From: Eledone cirrhosa
Taxonomy: Eukaryota
Assembly (NCBI GenBank): GCA_964016885.1
Contig: OZ024741.1
Span: forward strand, 172,236,001 to 172,300,000
Direction: 5' to 3'
Length of the DNA: 64,000 nt
Shown here piece by piece: positions 27,520 to 41,137 of this stretch. Below the pieces are notes generated by a model. That model did not search any database, had not been told where the DNA came from, and saw only the letters and a program-made list of their open reading frames with translations. Position 1 is the first letter of the stretch. Each line of letters begins with the position of its first letter. The translations under genes were made by a program, and so were the position numbers.

Positions 27520-29761
27520 TGTACACGTAGATCCTAAAATAATTAATTTATCTAAAAGAGATCTTGACAATGATGAAATGCAAATTCTGTCAAAAGGACT
27601 GAAATTCACACCGACTCCAACAGTCAACCACCAAGAACTGAAGGAGGATACCCAAGAATTCTGTCGAAAATTACGTCTTGTAGAATTCTTCGCTGATAAA
27701 AGTAATGAGAGTGATGAATCACTAGTAAAGTATAAATCAAATTTCACTCCGCCAAAAGGAAGAAATATCTGTCTCGACCAATACATTGATATCCTGTCTA
27801 AATTTCCTCTTAGACGTAATACTAATGTTAGGCCAAACATTAACAAATCAGAAATGTCTGCACTTAAACTTATACAAAATGATAAAACAATAATAATTAA
27901 ACAAGCAGATAAAGGGGGTGCAGTTGTTATAATGGATACTTAATACTACAAGGATTTGGTTGAGAACAACTGAAAGACACAACATTCTATCATGAAATAC
28001 CGTCAAATATAGACCACAACATCATGAAGAAGATCAACAACCTGGCTTCAAAATACCACAACTCACTTACTGATAAGGAAAGAGACTACATCACCAATTT
28101 TGAGCCAAAACCCAGCAACCTGTATGGCCTACCGAAAGTTCATAAGTCAAAAGAAATACAACTGGCAGTAAGAGAACAAAACAGTGAGTACATAAAATTA
28201 CTACACCCAAAAGACTTAAAACTTAGACCTATTATAGCTGGTCCAACATGCCCCACCCACCGTCTAAGCAATTTTGTTGACATTATTTTGAAACCACTAT
28301 GTATTCACATACCCAGTTTCATCCGGGATGATATCGACTTCCTGTCCCATCTTCCCAAAACCACGGAAACGAATTCACTTCTACTTAGTTTTGATGTGGT
28401 AAGCCTTTACATCAACATTACACATGATTTAGGAATAAAGGCGGTTCAATACTGGGTGGAAAAACATAGAGAAGTGATTCCCATCAGATTCACAGCGCCA
28501 TTTATATTAGACGCAGTTAAACTTATTCTGGAAAACAACACTTTCTTCTTCAATGGAAAGAATTACATCCAAATTAGAGGCACAGCGATGGGAACGAAGT
28601 TTGCTCCCGTTTACGCGAACTCTGTAATGGGATACTTAGAACAACAACTCTACCAAGAAATAGAGGAAAAATATAGTACTGACTTTAGAAAGTACATTGA
28701 AAAATCTTGGAAGAGATACCTTGACGACTGTTTCATCATCTGGACAGAATCTCTAGATACTCTGGATGAGTTCAATATCCTCCTGAATAAACTACACCCA
28801 TCTCTCCAATTCACAAAAGAGATGAGTAGGACCAAATTACCATTCCTAGATATAATGATAATCAAAAACGACACCACCATTACCACGGATATATATTATA
28901 AACACACAGACACCCATCAATATCTGAATTTTAAGTCGTGCCATCCACCTCATACAAAACGCAACATCCCATACTGCCTAGCCAGAAGAATTTGTACCAT
29001 TGTAGAAGATACGAATACCAGGTACAAACGCCTAACAGAACTAAGAGAATTTTTGCTCAAACAAAAATACCCATCTCTACTTATAGAAAAGGCAACAGCG
29101 GGCTATAAAAATACCTATACAACAACTTAGGACAACCCAAGGAAGAAAAAACCAAGAACTGGTCATACCATTTATAATGACACACAACCCATGTCACCAG
29201 AATATCTTCAACACTGCCAAAGCAAACCTACCGATCATTGCTCAAAGTAATGAATTAAAAGGCTTAATCACGGTTCGATCTTTGACTCTTAGTAAAAGAC
29301 AGCCAAAAAATTTGAAGCAATTACTAACAAAAGCAAAGTTTGACCTTAACAACAAAGACCAATCATTCACTGTATCTAAATGCAATGATAATCGATGCGG
29401 CACATGTCAATCCATACACGCCGGTCAATATATGAAAACAAAAACTGGAAAAATATTCCCAAATGCAAATATGAACTGCAAAAGCAGAAATCTAATTTAC
29501 TGCATTAAATGCCCGAATTGTGAAGAACTATATGTCGGTCAAACTGGAAATGCACTATCGGAACGTGCACGGGTACACCGTCAGCAAATCAGAGACCCAA
29601 ATGTCCGTCAGATACCCCTAAGTAACCATCTAGCAACATGTGGTCAGGGAATATTTATAATATTCCCATTCTACAAATTACACAGTCCAAGTGAAATCGA
29701 GAGAAAATTCAAAGAAAATAATTTTATTGATAAATTCAAACCCAAGCTAAATGAACAATAA
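27520..29761 (+). pseudogene. Neptune-like RT plus GIY-YIG endonuclease
   Basis: ORF pieces 27578-27943, 28024-29130 and 29177-29761. Confidence 0.9.
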
Positions 29762-29802
29762 TAATGCTTAGGGGTATTACTTCTACTATTACTACGACCA
29801 CT

Positions 29803-29847
<45 letters not shown>

Positions 29848-30151
29848 AATAATAATAATAAAAGTGATGTTGATGGTGATGATTACTAGAAAATGCTATT
29901 TTCATCATTTCTAAAAAAGCAAAACAATTGACGCTTTGGATAGGATTAATTATTGGTCGTTAGACATGCTCAACCAGCCGTGACGCTTAAACCAATCAGC
30001 TTTAGTTATTCAGTGAAACTACACACTGATTGGTCGAAATACAGTTTGCAAGATTTAGCATTCTGGAGCCACTTTTCACTGTATATAAGGTACAAAATTT
30101 ACCCATCTCATTACAGTTGAAAATTGCAAACTTGACTGTCACCACATATTA

Positions 30152-30190
30152 TGAACCTGAAGATTACGAAAGCATGAAAGTACTTGTTCA
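30152..30190 (+). ncRNA. Minimal hammerhead in 3' pLTR
   Basis: Same as 25949-25987 with one stem II change (TTAC). Confidence 0.8.
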
Positions 30191-30362
30191 ATTAACACTT
30201 ATAATTTAATATTCTATCATACTATTTCATTATAATACCATTATAAATTTTAAAGGATTGTAAATAAAACGAGTAAATCAGACAAAGTTGGAATTCCTCT
30301 TATTAATATAACCTTCTATACTCAATCATACACACCCGTGTATATTTATCTATCTATCTATC

Positions 30363-30482
<120 letters not shown>

Positions 30483-30644
30483 TATATATATATGAGAGCG
30501 TTAGAGCATTTTTTTTTTTTTGCTTCTTATCTTTCATTTACCAATTAGTCTGTCACTCTATCGATATTTGTTTCTCTTTTTTATGTTCATCTCTTTTAGA
30601 TACTTACAATCTTACTAACATAATATTATTATAATGTAGTTCGA

Positions 30645-30830
30645 TGGATTGGCAGTATTGGTAGAGGGTCGGACGCCATGCTTTGACGTATAGAGTTACG
30701 GCCCTTGCCATTCTGAGTTCAAATCCTGTCGAGGTTTACTTTGCCTTTCATCCTTACGGGGTCGACAAAATAAAGTACCAGTAATGCACTGGGTAATTGC
30801 TGGCCTTGTGCCTAACGTAGAAACAATTAT
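30645..30830 (+). mobile_element. SINE copy
   Basis: SINE consensus; ATTATTATAATGTAGTTC on both sides may be a TSD. Confidence 0.85.
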
Positions 30831-30879
30831 TATAATGTAGTTCTATGACGTAAATCACTTAGAATGATATGCCCTCTAA

Positions 30880-31560
30880 CAATCAGCCGACACCCAAGAA
30901 TATTTAAACGAATATAACATGTTTTAATCCACCTTAATGTCTAGAGGTTTCTACATCTATTGCCAGTATATTTTTCCCAGTAAAAACACTATTTCCACCA
31001 TGCAATTACTTCTAACTATTTAATAAAAGTATACTCAAAATATCGTATTCAACCATTCAACACATAGAACAATCTATTCAATCTTCAAACAGTTCTAAAC
31101 TAAATAACACCGACGAAGACTTGATCCCTAAAATCAATTGCAACTGCAATTGCAACCCTAATCGTTGTCGCTGAAACTCAATCTAACTTACCACAGATAG
31201 AAATATTTCAGTACAAAGTCATCACTACTGTCTCCAAAAAAGACTACCTCAGTCTTACCGATAATTAATTAAAAAATCATACAACCATCGTACATTCTTT
31301 TCAAGCGTTAGTCTTGACTTACTACTGTATCTATTTCAACAAAGATTTTCGGTTTAAAGAAAAAAACATCTTTTACAATAAAACATCGAAGAAAATCGCA
31401 GCCGTAAATCCACATACCGAAGATTTAAAACATACGGTTTGAAAAAATGCATACAAAAACCCTCTAGTAAACAGGCAGTCTGAAAGACTATTTTCTTATA
31501 ATCATAAAATCTTTAAAGAACACAAATATATCAATTCTATAGTATATCCCTAATAATGAT
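30880..31560 (+). mobile_element. Highly degenerate Nematis-like PLE fragment
   Basis: Residual (W)FNPP, CNC and QYKV..T motifs. Confidence 0.35.
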
Positions 31561-31721
31561 TTTTAATTTAGGCATAAAGCCAAAAAATAGGAGAGGTAAG
31601 TCAGAACACTCAATCAAAGTTTTGCACAGCATATTCCTTCCAATTTAACCATAATATTATCACTATCACTACGCACTCAATCCTTGGCTTCCATCTTTAA
31701 AGTAATCCTACCTTTATATAC

Positions 31722-31902
31722 ATTGGCAGTATTGGTAGAGAGTCGGACGCTATGCTTTCCAGCATAGTTACGTCCCTTTACTGTCTGAGTTCAAATCCTG
31801 CCGAGGTTAACTTTGCCTTTCATCCTTACGGAGTCGATAAAATAAAGTACCAGTAATCTACTGAGTAATTGCTGGCCTTGTGCCAAAAGTAGAAACAATT
31901 AT
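31722..31902 (+). mobile_element. SINE copy
   Basis: SINE consensus. Confidence 0.85.
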
Positions 31903-31988
31903 ATACACGGCTTACTAAATTGCTTTTCGCTAATCTTTATTTACATTTTTTTATTTTTTTATTATATACACACAGAGATACACAGATG

Positions 31989-32026
<38 letters not shown>

Positions 32027-32048
32027 CGCGCAGTCAAACAGAGAGATA

Positions 32049-32100
<52 letters not shown>

Positions 32101-33050
32101 AACATATTTAAAACAAATATGTTTGCTAAACATTGTACATACGTCTAGTGTATTTACATAAATCTGTATTTTCATTATTCTTCGTTGCCGACGCCCCTCC
32201 TTGCACTCGCACTGCTACTTCTATTACAGGAGTATTTCCGACTATAATTTCATCGAACCCCATTTTAACACGATTTTACGATAAACTGTAAATTGTTCGT
32301 GTCAACTCTGTACATACAGCTTGACCTTCTAAACATAACAGCCATATCATTCTCAAATCATATTCCATCGCCTTAAAAATGTCACGAACGGATTAGATAA
32401 TGCAGTCTTAGATAGGTCGTAGGTCTGGATGAAAGCAGAATGTCTTTGGTCATAGATCTGTTCTGTCAGCTAACCAGGGCTGTAAATCCAATCGATGATG
32501 ACATGAATGCATCATGTTTTCACTGATGGTCTTATGTACCAATATATTTGCAAACAAACACAGACATTATCTTGATTATCTCACCCTTAACCCAACAAAA
32601 TATCCAGAATATGACAGTTAGAAAGAGAAAAGGCAACACCCTCTCTGGGCTGAAACTTTCTTTATTGATCTCGAACACGCTAAAAGACAAAGAAGATCTA
32701 GATGGAGTTTGAATGCAGAAGGCAGAAAGCTGAAACAAATATTGCAACACATTATATACGACGTTATAGCAACCGCCGTAGTTTATTGGCCTAAACTGCA
32801 CTTAGCAGTCTGTGTTGCACCAAACAGCTCTACTGTAGTTTGCATTTCGATACGGTGCAGTGTGTGAATTATTTAGTAGTGTTTATTTTCAGCATTCGTT
32901 CAAATCTGATTATTAATTTCAATGCCTAGAAGGAATATTCAAGTCATCTTTCAACACTAAATTAACCACTGAATCAAAATTCATTACTGAATAACACTAT
33001 TGTTGTTGTTGTTGTTGTTGTTACTACTACTACTACTACTGCTGCTGCTC

Positions 33051-33083
<33 letters not shown>

Positions 33084-33127
33084 CTACTGCGGCTGCTAAT
33101 ACTGTCGTCATTAATTTTTGGCTTCGT

Positions 33128-33260
33128 GGAGTTCAAATCCCGCCGAGGTTAACTTTGCCTTTCATACTTACGGGATCGATAAAATAAAGTACTAGTCACG
33201 CACTGGAGTCAATTTGATCGACTTTCCTTTCCCCCAAAATTGCTGGCCTTGTGCCTATAT
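33128..33260 (+). mobile_element. 5'-truncated SINE, longer subfamily
   Basis: B box and core, plus an extra ~30-bp segment (GTCAATTTGATCGACTTTCCTTTCCCCC) before TTGCTGGCC. Confidence 0.75.
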
Positions 33261-33954
33261 AAAAAAAAAAAAAAATTATTTTTTCGCTTCGTGTCTCGAG
33301 AAGACGTGTTAAATTGCTCCGTAAGTGTATTCCATGTATACGTACTTACCGAACTTATCTTCTTGAACAAGAGTTATTGTTTTTAATTAAACTAACCAGA
33401 GTCTTCGTGAGAAGGTTAGTATATCTCTACCAGTAACCCTTAGGCTTAAACCAGTGTTTGTTTAGCAAGCATGCCCCTCATTGTTTTTTTTTTTGTTTTT
33501 TATTTATTTATTTATTTTTTTTATTTAAAATAGCGGACAAAAATGTTACATCCGCTATACGGAATAGTTGGCTGTCCATAGAATAGAACAGCCAACATTC
33601 ACAAATCAATGACAGCAACAGTAGCAACAGCAGCAACAACAACATCAACGACAGCACCAGTTGCAACAGTTAACAAAAACCTAAAATCACATACAGCAGG
33701 AGCTATGAAAAATTTCATTTTCCATCGCTTAGTAAAGTCGACCTCCATGAATGCCACCACCATGTCAGTAAACACAGCCAAAACAAACACGACTAGCACC
33801 ACCATCACCACCACCACCATCACCACCATCATCACCACCACCACCACTGCAATGACTGAAACACAAATAAATAATAACACTAACAGAGACAAGAGCAACT
33901 ACACAAATGACAACGACTATACAAATGAACAAAACTAACAACAATAAAAATAAT

Positions 33955-34150
33955 TATTTCTACTTTTGGCACAAGGCCAGCAATTATTTCAGTGTATTAC
34001 TGGTACTTTATATTATCGACCCCGTAAGGATGAAAGGCAAAGTTAACCGAGCGGGATTTGAACTCAGAACGTAAAGGGCCGTAACTCTTTACTGAAAAGC
34101 ATGGTGTCTGAAGCTCTACCGATACATTGGTGTCTGACGCTCTACCAATT
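33955..34150 (-). mobile_element. SINE copy
   Basis: SINE consensus on the reverse strand. Confidence 0.85.
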
Positions 34151-34434
34151 CTGCAAAACAACTGCCCTCAACAATAAAACAACAATAACATCAACAACAA
34201 TAAAAATTAAAGGAATACATTTGCAGCAGCCAAAGATACAAAAAGGTTTACTATGAACATTGCAAAAGAAGACATGTTTGACCCAAGCGGTCAAACTGGT
34301 GAAAATGGAAAACTCCTAGACCGATGTAGGACTCCAAACCCCAGGTGTTAGCAGAAACGAAAATAAAAAGACGGTCATCTGCAAATGTGTGTCCATGGAC
34401 AGTTGAAAGAGCTTTGAAGGAAATAATTGTTTCT

Positions 34435-34720
34435 CATCATCATCATCATTCGTCGACTACTGTCGAGATGATGGATCTCACTCTCATGCCCCAGAATTCC
34501 CTGTCCCCCATCGCCGCCCCCAGGTCCTGTCTACTGATTCCCGTATCCCTAGAGATAACGTCAGGGAAATGACAGCTTCCTACTCCTAGTCAGGCTGGAG
34601 TCAGGGTTCCAGAGCAAGAGAGCGGATATGATTTCATTGCTGGCACGGTGACAGTGGCCAGCAAATTGAGCTCTCCGGGATGTTAGAAGGGCAGAGGCTC
34701 GAGGGAGTCTGCCATAGATT
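34435..34720 (-). mobile_element. RTE-like LINE 3' end
   Basis: Minus strand ISRDTGISRQDLGAAMGDREFW...* followed by a (GAT)n tail. Confidence 0.55.
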
Positions 34721-34725
34721 TTACA

Positions 34726-34905
34726 TTGTTTCTACTTTTGGCATCAGGCTAGCAATTACTCCAGTGCATTACTGGTACTTTATTTTATCGACCTCGTAAG
34801 GATAAAAGGCAAAGTTAACCTCAGCGGAATTTGAACTCAGACCATAAAGGGCTGTAATTCTTTACTGTAAAGCATGGTGCCTGACGCTCTACCGATATAT
34901 GCCAA
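34726..34905 (-). mobile_element. SINE copy
   Basis: SINE consensus on the reverse strand. Confidence 0.85.
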
Positions 34906-35345
34906 CACATCATGAGGCCCAAGCAGTATGCGGGCATTCCAGTGCTCTTTAAATGTTAATATTTGAACGCGAAACAATCTGTGGTTCCCTGTCGGGAGAC
35001 TCTACCTTTCCTTCTTTTTTTCTTTTACTCCGTCTCCTCTAAACTGAAACTCACACATAGACACTCACACCAACACAAATACACTCACACATACATCAGA
35101 AACAGATTTCACAGCCGAGTAACTCCTCATCTCGAAGTGAAGATGAGAGGGAACCCCCAAAATCAAAAGATAAATAATTAATTAATTAATTTTTAAAATG
35201 ATACACAAAGGAAAACACCTTGCATCGCACCTATACATATACCAGAAAAGATAGAAACCACACCAATACCAATACTAATATAGCTACAACAACACCACAA
35301 CAACCAACACAACCACCGCTACCACGAACAGCACCCTCATCACTA

Positions 35346-35936
35346 TTCTTCTTCTTCTTCTTCTTCTTCTTCTTCTTCTTCTTCTTCTTCTTCTTCTTCT
35401 TCTTCTTCTTCTTCTTCTTTTTCTTCTTCTTCTTCTTCTTCTTCTTCTTCTTCTTCTTCTCCTTCTTCTTCGTCGTCGTCGTCGTCGTCGTCTCCATCTT
35501 CTTCTTCGTCGTCGTCGTCGTCTTCTTCTTCTTCTTCTTCTTCTTCTTCTTCTTCTTCTTCGTCGTCGTCGTCGTCGTCGTCGTCTTCTTCTTCTTCATC
35601 TTCTTCTTCTTCGTCGTCGTCGTCGTCTTCTTCTTCTTCTTCTTCTTCTTCATCTTCTTCTTCTTCTTCTTCTTCTTCTTCTTCTTCGTCGTCGTCGTCG
35701 TCGTCGTCGTCTTTTTCTTCTTCTTCTTCTTCTTCTTCTTCTTCTTCTTCTTCTTCTTCTTCGTCGTCGTCGTCGTCGTCGTCTTCTTCTTCTTCTTCTT
35801 CTTCTTCTTCTTCTTCTTCTTCTTCTTCTTCTTCTTCTTCTTCGTCTTCGTCGTCGTCGTCGTCTTCTTCTTCTTCTTCTTCTTCTTCTTCTTCTTCTTC
35901 TTCTTCTTCTTCTTCTTCTTCTTCTTCTTCTTCTTC
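35346..35936. repeat. ~590-bp compound (TTC)n/(GTC)n microsatellite
   Basis: Directly visible; lies at the 3' end of the adjacent minus-strand RTE. Confidence 0.95.
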
Positions 35937-36470
35937 GTTCTGAGCGGGTCACGGGGACAGAGTCCTCAAACAGGCCCTGACAGAAGCAACCGTATCCAAT
36001 TAACCCGGCTGGATCTTCAAGCGAGACAAGCACATTTCAGGGATGTTATTCAACCATCTTGCTTGATACGGACTCTATCCAGTAACAATACTCCGAAGAC
36101 CCTTCTGAGGAACCCCATTTCAGCCGCTTGTATTCGTGACCGTATACAAGGGTTGATACGAATACCGAATTGAAGATAGCGAGTTTGGCTTTTACATCTA
36201 CCTCCCTTCTTCTGAATTCTTAGCTTGCGCATTACTGCACCAGCTGCTGCAATTCTTGCATTTAATTCAGCCTCCTGTTTTCCATCACTCAGTAACACAG
36301 CCCCGATATACTTGACCGTCTCTACATGCTTCAGTGGAACTCCATTTAGATGTAGATTGTACTGCGCAGGCTCCCTTGAGAGGACAAGCGTCACAGTTTT
36401 CGCAGAACTGATTTTCATTCCAGGCATGCAGCACGCGGCATTAAACCTAACGAGCGCAAGTCGGAGATCA
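35937..36470 (-). mobile_element. RTE-clade LINE 3' fragment
   Basis: GMKISSAKT, V...KYIG, ELNARIAAA, RIQAAEMGFLRR..G..LLDRVR. Confidence 0.8.
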
Positions 36471-36728
36471 ATTTGAATCGAGTTAAGTAACAACACAAAA
36501 CAAAAACCCATGCAACAACGACAATCAATCATAGATATCAAACTTTGACTCTGGAATCAAAAGCTCGCCGGACTTCTGAGATCCGACGAGCTTTTGATTC
36601 CACAGTTAGATCAGAATGATACAGATCGAAACTTGAGCTGATCAATAGTCAAACGCGCGCGCGTCACCAGTCAATAAATGTAATGAAGGCATAACAAATC
36701 GTCCTTATATTATTATATTATATATATA

Positions 36729-36862
36729 TTTCTGATCATTTCTCCCGAATGAAACAGTTCTAGTCCTGTAGAAGCCATTTCCATATTAAATATTTATACT
36801 CTGCTACGTATTGAGTACCTTACTTACTGTGGTTACCCCCGATTGAATCCGGGATAAACTTA
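36729..36862 (+). repeat. PLE terminal repeat (family E) with a mutated hammerhead
   Basis: CTGATCA (G8>C) ...GAAACAG ttctagtc CTGTA GAA; homologous to 44995-45192; (TA)n on both sides. Confidence 0.7.
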
Positions 36863-36875
36863 TATATATATATAT

Positions 36876-38245
36876 ATTGTTATACTTGGGGAGGGTCATA
36901 TTTGTATAATATTGCCAGAATTAATAACAGAACACACTCACTGTTTGGTTGGTTTTCGCTTCTCGCTTCTGTGTCTTTTATATCGGTAATCTAACTTAAA
37001 AGGTCTTCAATGTTGCCATTGACTGACCGACGGTAAAAAATAATACAGATACAATATAGACACAAACACATATATATAGTTTATCATAAATCTTTCGTTG
37101 CACATCTGCAACATCGTCAGTGGTGCTATCTTTTCCTCCTGTTGTATTGTATGTCTACGCCATTTTTATTCAGTCTGTCTATATATTTATTTATTTATTT
37201 GCTTGTTTGTTTATTTTATTTTGTCTTCTTTGCGCATGCGTTTGCGTGTGTGTATAGTGTTTTGTTTGCTGTGTGATAGGTGACTAGTGTGTGTTTATGT
37301 GCTTGTGTATGTATTTATTTATTTATTTATTTATTTATTTTATTTTATTTTATTTATACTTCTCTTAGGTCAGTGTTGTTTGTTTGGGTGTTGTTGTTAT
37401 TCCATTCATTCTTTCTGTTTAGTCTTGGTCTTCTAATTTCTATTTCACTGGCCTCTCCGATTTGCCTATCTGCTGGGTCATTTCTATGTTTAGATATTAT
37501 TCTAATTTCTATGTTGTCTATGTTACCGTCATGTTGTTGTCTAGCATGTTCGTATAGTACTGACCCGTTTTTTCGTCCTTTTAGTTCCCCCCAGTGTTGG
37601 TCTATTCTTTCACCTATGCTACGAGCTGTCTCACCTATGTATGTTGTTGTCATGTTTCTGCAAGTACCCTCTGTACATCTTATGCTATAGACTACGTTTC
37701 TAGTTTTACAGTTTATCCGGGGGTTTACCTTACATATGATACATTTCCTATTGGTACAGTGGGTTTTCTTAAAAGGGTAGATATTGCTGATCAGGGATTT
37801 TATGGTGGTTCCTGGCTTTTCTACCACCTTAATTTTTAAGTGATTCTTTCTCAGGGCCTTTCTACACTGGCTAGCTAATTTCCCTCCAGGGGTAGCGTCC
37901 ACAAACATGACACTCTGGTATCTCTGGTTGTCGTACCATGAGGTGGCTTTCCCTATCTTATGTCTAGCCCTATCTAAGCTATTCCATGATTTGCTCCTGT
38001 ATAATGGGCAAATTCCTTTCATGTCCAGTTCTATGAGGCTCCTATACTTCTCCATGGCTCCTTCGTATACTCTGATTCTGACTCTTTGGTTGTAGCCAGA
38101 GAACTGCATGCGGTTGATGAAGTGTTGGATGTGTCTTTCCATTTCTGTTGGGTCGCACATGCCGGACACATTCTTCATCACTCGTACCAAATCTGCGATC
38201 AGAATATTAAACTTAGCACTACTGGACATTCCTGAGTTTTTGAGT
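36876..38245 (-). mobile_element. PLE 3' fragment, third lineage
   Basis: ORF 37354-38229: RMQFSGY, PLYR..W, FVDATPGG, CIIC, NVVYSIRC..C..YIGETARSIGERI.QH; same family as 50830-52690. Confidence 0.85.
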
Positions 38246-38252
38246 ATATATA

Positions 38253-39257
38253 TATTTATTAAAATAACAGATTAAAGTTTAAGCAAAGAATCGCTGCTTT
38301 CACCCTTAACGGGATCTTCTGAAACTAACAAAGTCAATCTGTGAACGCAGAAGTGAATATTTCAAAACACGTTGCAACCGGAGGAAGACAGGAAGACGAT
38401 ACTTTGGTTCGTGGGAACTTTCCCTGGCAAAGAACCGGAAAAAACATATATAATATGTCATTATTTGGAGCAGTGAAAAACAATTACCCGCAAAGACCAA
38501 ACCACGTTCATGGTATAAAAGAAGTCGTAGACTAATATTCTATTAGGTGGTTCATAGAGACGTTCTCTGGCAATGAACGGAAAAAACGAATATAATACGT
38601 CATATGTGGAACGGGGAGAACAATTACACGCAAAGACAAAACCACGTAAATGGTATAACTGAAGTCGTAGACTAAAATTCTAACTAGGAAACCGAATGAT
38701 TCTCGTCTTCAGAGTTAAGAATAAAGTAAATAAAATACAGAGGTTATTGAAATTAAATAAATACATACACACCTCCATATACGTACATACACAAGCATAC
38801 GCGAAAACACTCGCCATAGGTAAACAAATACACGCACGTATACAAAAAGCAAAAAAAAAGCCGAGAATCATTTGGTTTCCTAGTTAGAATTTTAGTCTAC
38901 GACTTCAGTTATACCATTTACGTGGTTTTGTCTTTGCGTGTAATTGTTTTTCACTGCTCCAAATAATGACGTATATATTCGTTTTTTCCCGTTATTTGCC
39001 AGGGAAAGTTCCCACGAACCAAAGTATCGCCTTCCTGTCTTCCTCCGGTTGCAACGTGTTTTGAAATATTCACTTCTGCGTTCACAGATTGACTTTGTTA
39101 GTTTCAGAAGATCCCGTTAAGGGTGAAAGCAGTGATTCTTTGCTTAAACTTTAATCTGTTATTTTAATAAATATTTGCTCTACGGTTCTTATATATTTGA
39201 TATATATTTATCCTTATCGAGCCCTCTTTGGATTTTAGTCTTCAAATTTATTATTAT

Positions 39258-39262
<5 letters not shown>
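38253..39262. repeat. Inverted-duplicated PLE-terminal-like repeat (family F) with hammerheads
   Basis: About 38253-38705 and 38862-39175 are largely reverse complements; HHRs at 38276-38326 (-) and 39100-39150 (+). Confidence 0.75.
39100..39150 (+). ncRNA. Hammerhead variant with CAGAAGA core
   Basis: AGTTT-CAGAAGA-T CCC gttaa GGG T-GAA-AGCA gtgattctt TGCT-T-AAACT. Confidence 0.7.
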
Positions 39263-39284
<22 letters not shown>

Positions 39285-39288
<4 letters not shown>

Positions 39289-40015
39289 GATGTATATATA
39301 GTGTATTTTGCAATACACTGTATGCTTAATTAAAAGTATTTCGAAGACCTTATGCTATTGTTTTAGAGTAGTGACAGTCTCACTTACTTTAAATATTCAG
39401 CAAACAAGGGGAGATAAAGCTGTTGAGCTATGTTTCGTACTGATTGGTACTTATCAAAGCCAAGTACCCCACCTGTTTGCTGAAAATCATGAGTGTTTGA
39501 TTCTTATAGAATTTCTAGTAATAATCAGGAACTGATTATACAGAGCGGTTGCCGGTCAAGCAGAAATTGAAAATTAGAATTGGCGCTCTGAAATAGCTAT
39601 ATAAATATATGAATGTATATATAGTGTATTTTGCAATACACTGTATGCTTAATTAAAAGCATTTCAAAGACCTTATGCTATTGTTTGAGAGTAGTGACAG
39701 TCTCACTTACTATAAATTTTCAGTCAGTTCCTGATTATTACTAGAAATTCTAGAAGAATCAAACATTCATGATTTTCAGCAAACAGGTTGGGTACTTGGC
39801 TTTGATAAGTACCAATTAGTACGAAACATAGCTCTGTTAGCTTCATCTCCTTACTGTTTGCTGAAAGTTTTAAGTAAGTGAGACTGTCACTACTCTAAAA
39901 CAATAGCATAAGGTCTTCGAAATGCTTTTAATTAAGCATACAGTGTATTGCAAAATACACTATATATACATTCATATATATATATATATAGCTATTTCAG
40001 AGCGCCAATTCTAAT
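39285..40015. repeat. ~320-bp HHR-bearing repeat in tandem and inverted arrangement (family G)
   Basis: About 39290-39400 recurs at about 39612-39723; 39724-40015 is inverted. Degenerate HHR GCT-TTGATAA-GTAC caatta GTAC-GAA-ACA..TGT-T-AGC at 39799-39841. Confidence 0.7.
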
Positions 40016-40388
40016 ATATATATGTATATATTCATACATACGTACATAACAGAGTGTGAGTGAGAGTGTAGAAGAGACATTATCACGTGTTTCTCTGTGT
40101 GCACAGTAATATTCCCTTTTCTGTTGCTTAAACATCATGGGATTAATTAATAAAAAAGGAATACGATATTAGATAGAAATCAGTCGCTTTTCTATGTCTG
40201 CATATATTGATTCTTATAATAAATGGATGCACATGAACGCCAACCCACACATATATATATATACACACACATATATATATATACATACACACATACATAC
40301 GTATATACATATTTCTTCATCGTACTGTGTTGTTTTCTTTGTTATTTACGTTTACAATTTGCCTATATATATATATATATATATACAT

Positions 40389-40537
<149 letters not shown>

Positions 40538-41137
40538 TATATATTCGTGTGCGTGTCAACTTATTTAAGGACACCTACGTTTCCTTTTATTAGTATTAAT
40601 CTGCGTAATGTTTTGTCTGTGTTGGTATATTGTAAGTTCATTCTTTGTTTTCATATATTTTGCGTAGGCATTGATTATGGATCCAGCTAATTTCTAATGA
40701 GTTACAGTACTCTCTGTAAATAAATTCCCCGATTAGATGAATTAAGATATGCTTTGTAAAGTGTGGGTATGGTGTGGCGTGCGGTGGCCGGGGGGGGGGA
40801 GTGCTCGACCGGAAGGGGTTTTTGAGTGCTCGACCGGAACGGGTTTTTGAGTGCTCGACCGGAAGGGGTCTTTGACCGGAAGGATGCTCGACCGGAAGGG
40901 CCAGGAGAGGGCCTCTCTCTAGTGGTGACCAGCATACGGTGAGGACGCGTTTTGGGCAGCTCCCAGTTTTAAGCAGTCGGACGCACGTGGAAGAGGAGTA
41001 CCTGCAGTGGAATTTAGCGGCACCTGTGAAAAGCGGTAAGTGAGATAGCTTTTTCTAACCACAAGCTATTTCGGCGACTAAAAAAAAAAAAAAAAAAAAA
41101 AAAAAAAGAAAACACTTGCCGCAAAACAAATCAGAAG

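Noticed and set aside
33599-33938. Thr-rich mucin-like ORF
   Set aside because: Low-complexity (ACC/AAC)n sequence with no splice or homology support.
35220-36173. 317-aa poly-F/V ORF and antisense poly-K/R ORFs
   Set aside because: Artefacts of the trinucleotide microsatellite.
40800-40900. Short direct repeats resembling a CRISPR array
   Set aside because: No unique spacers and no cas genes; these are tandem LTR repeats in eukaryotic DNA.
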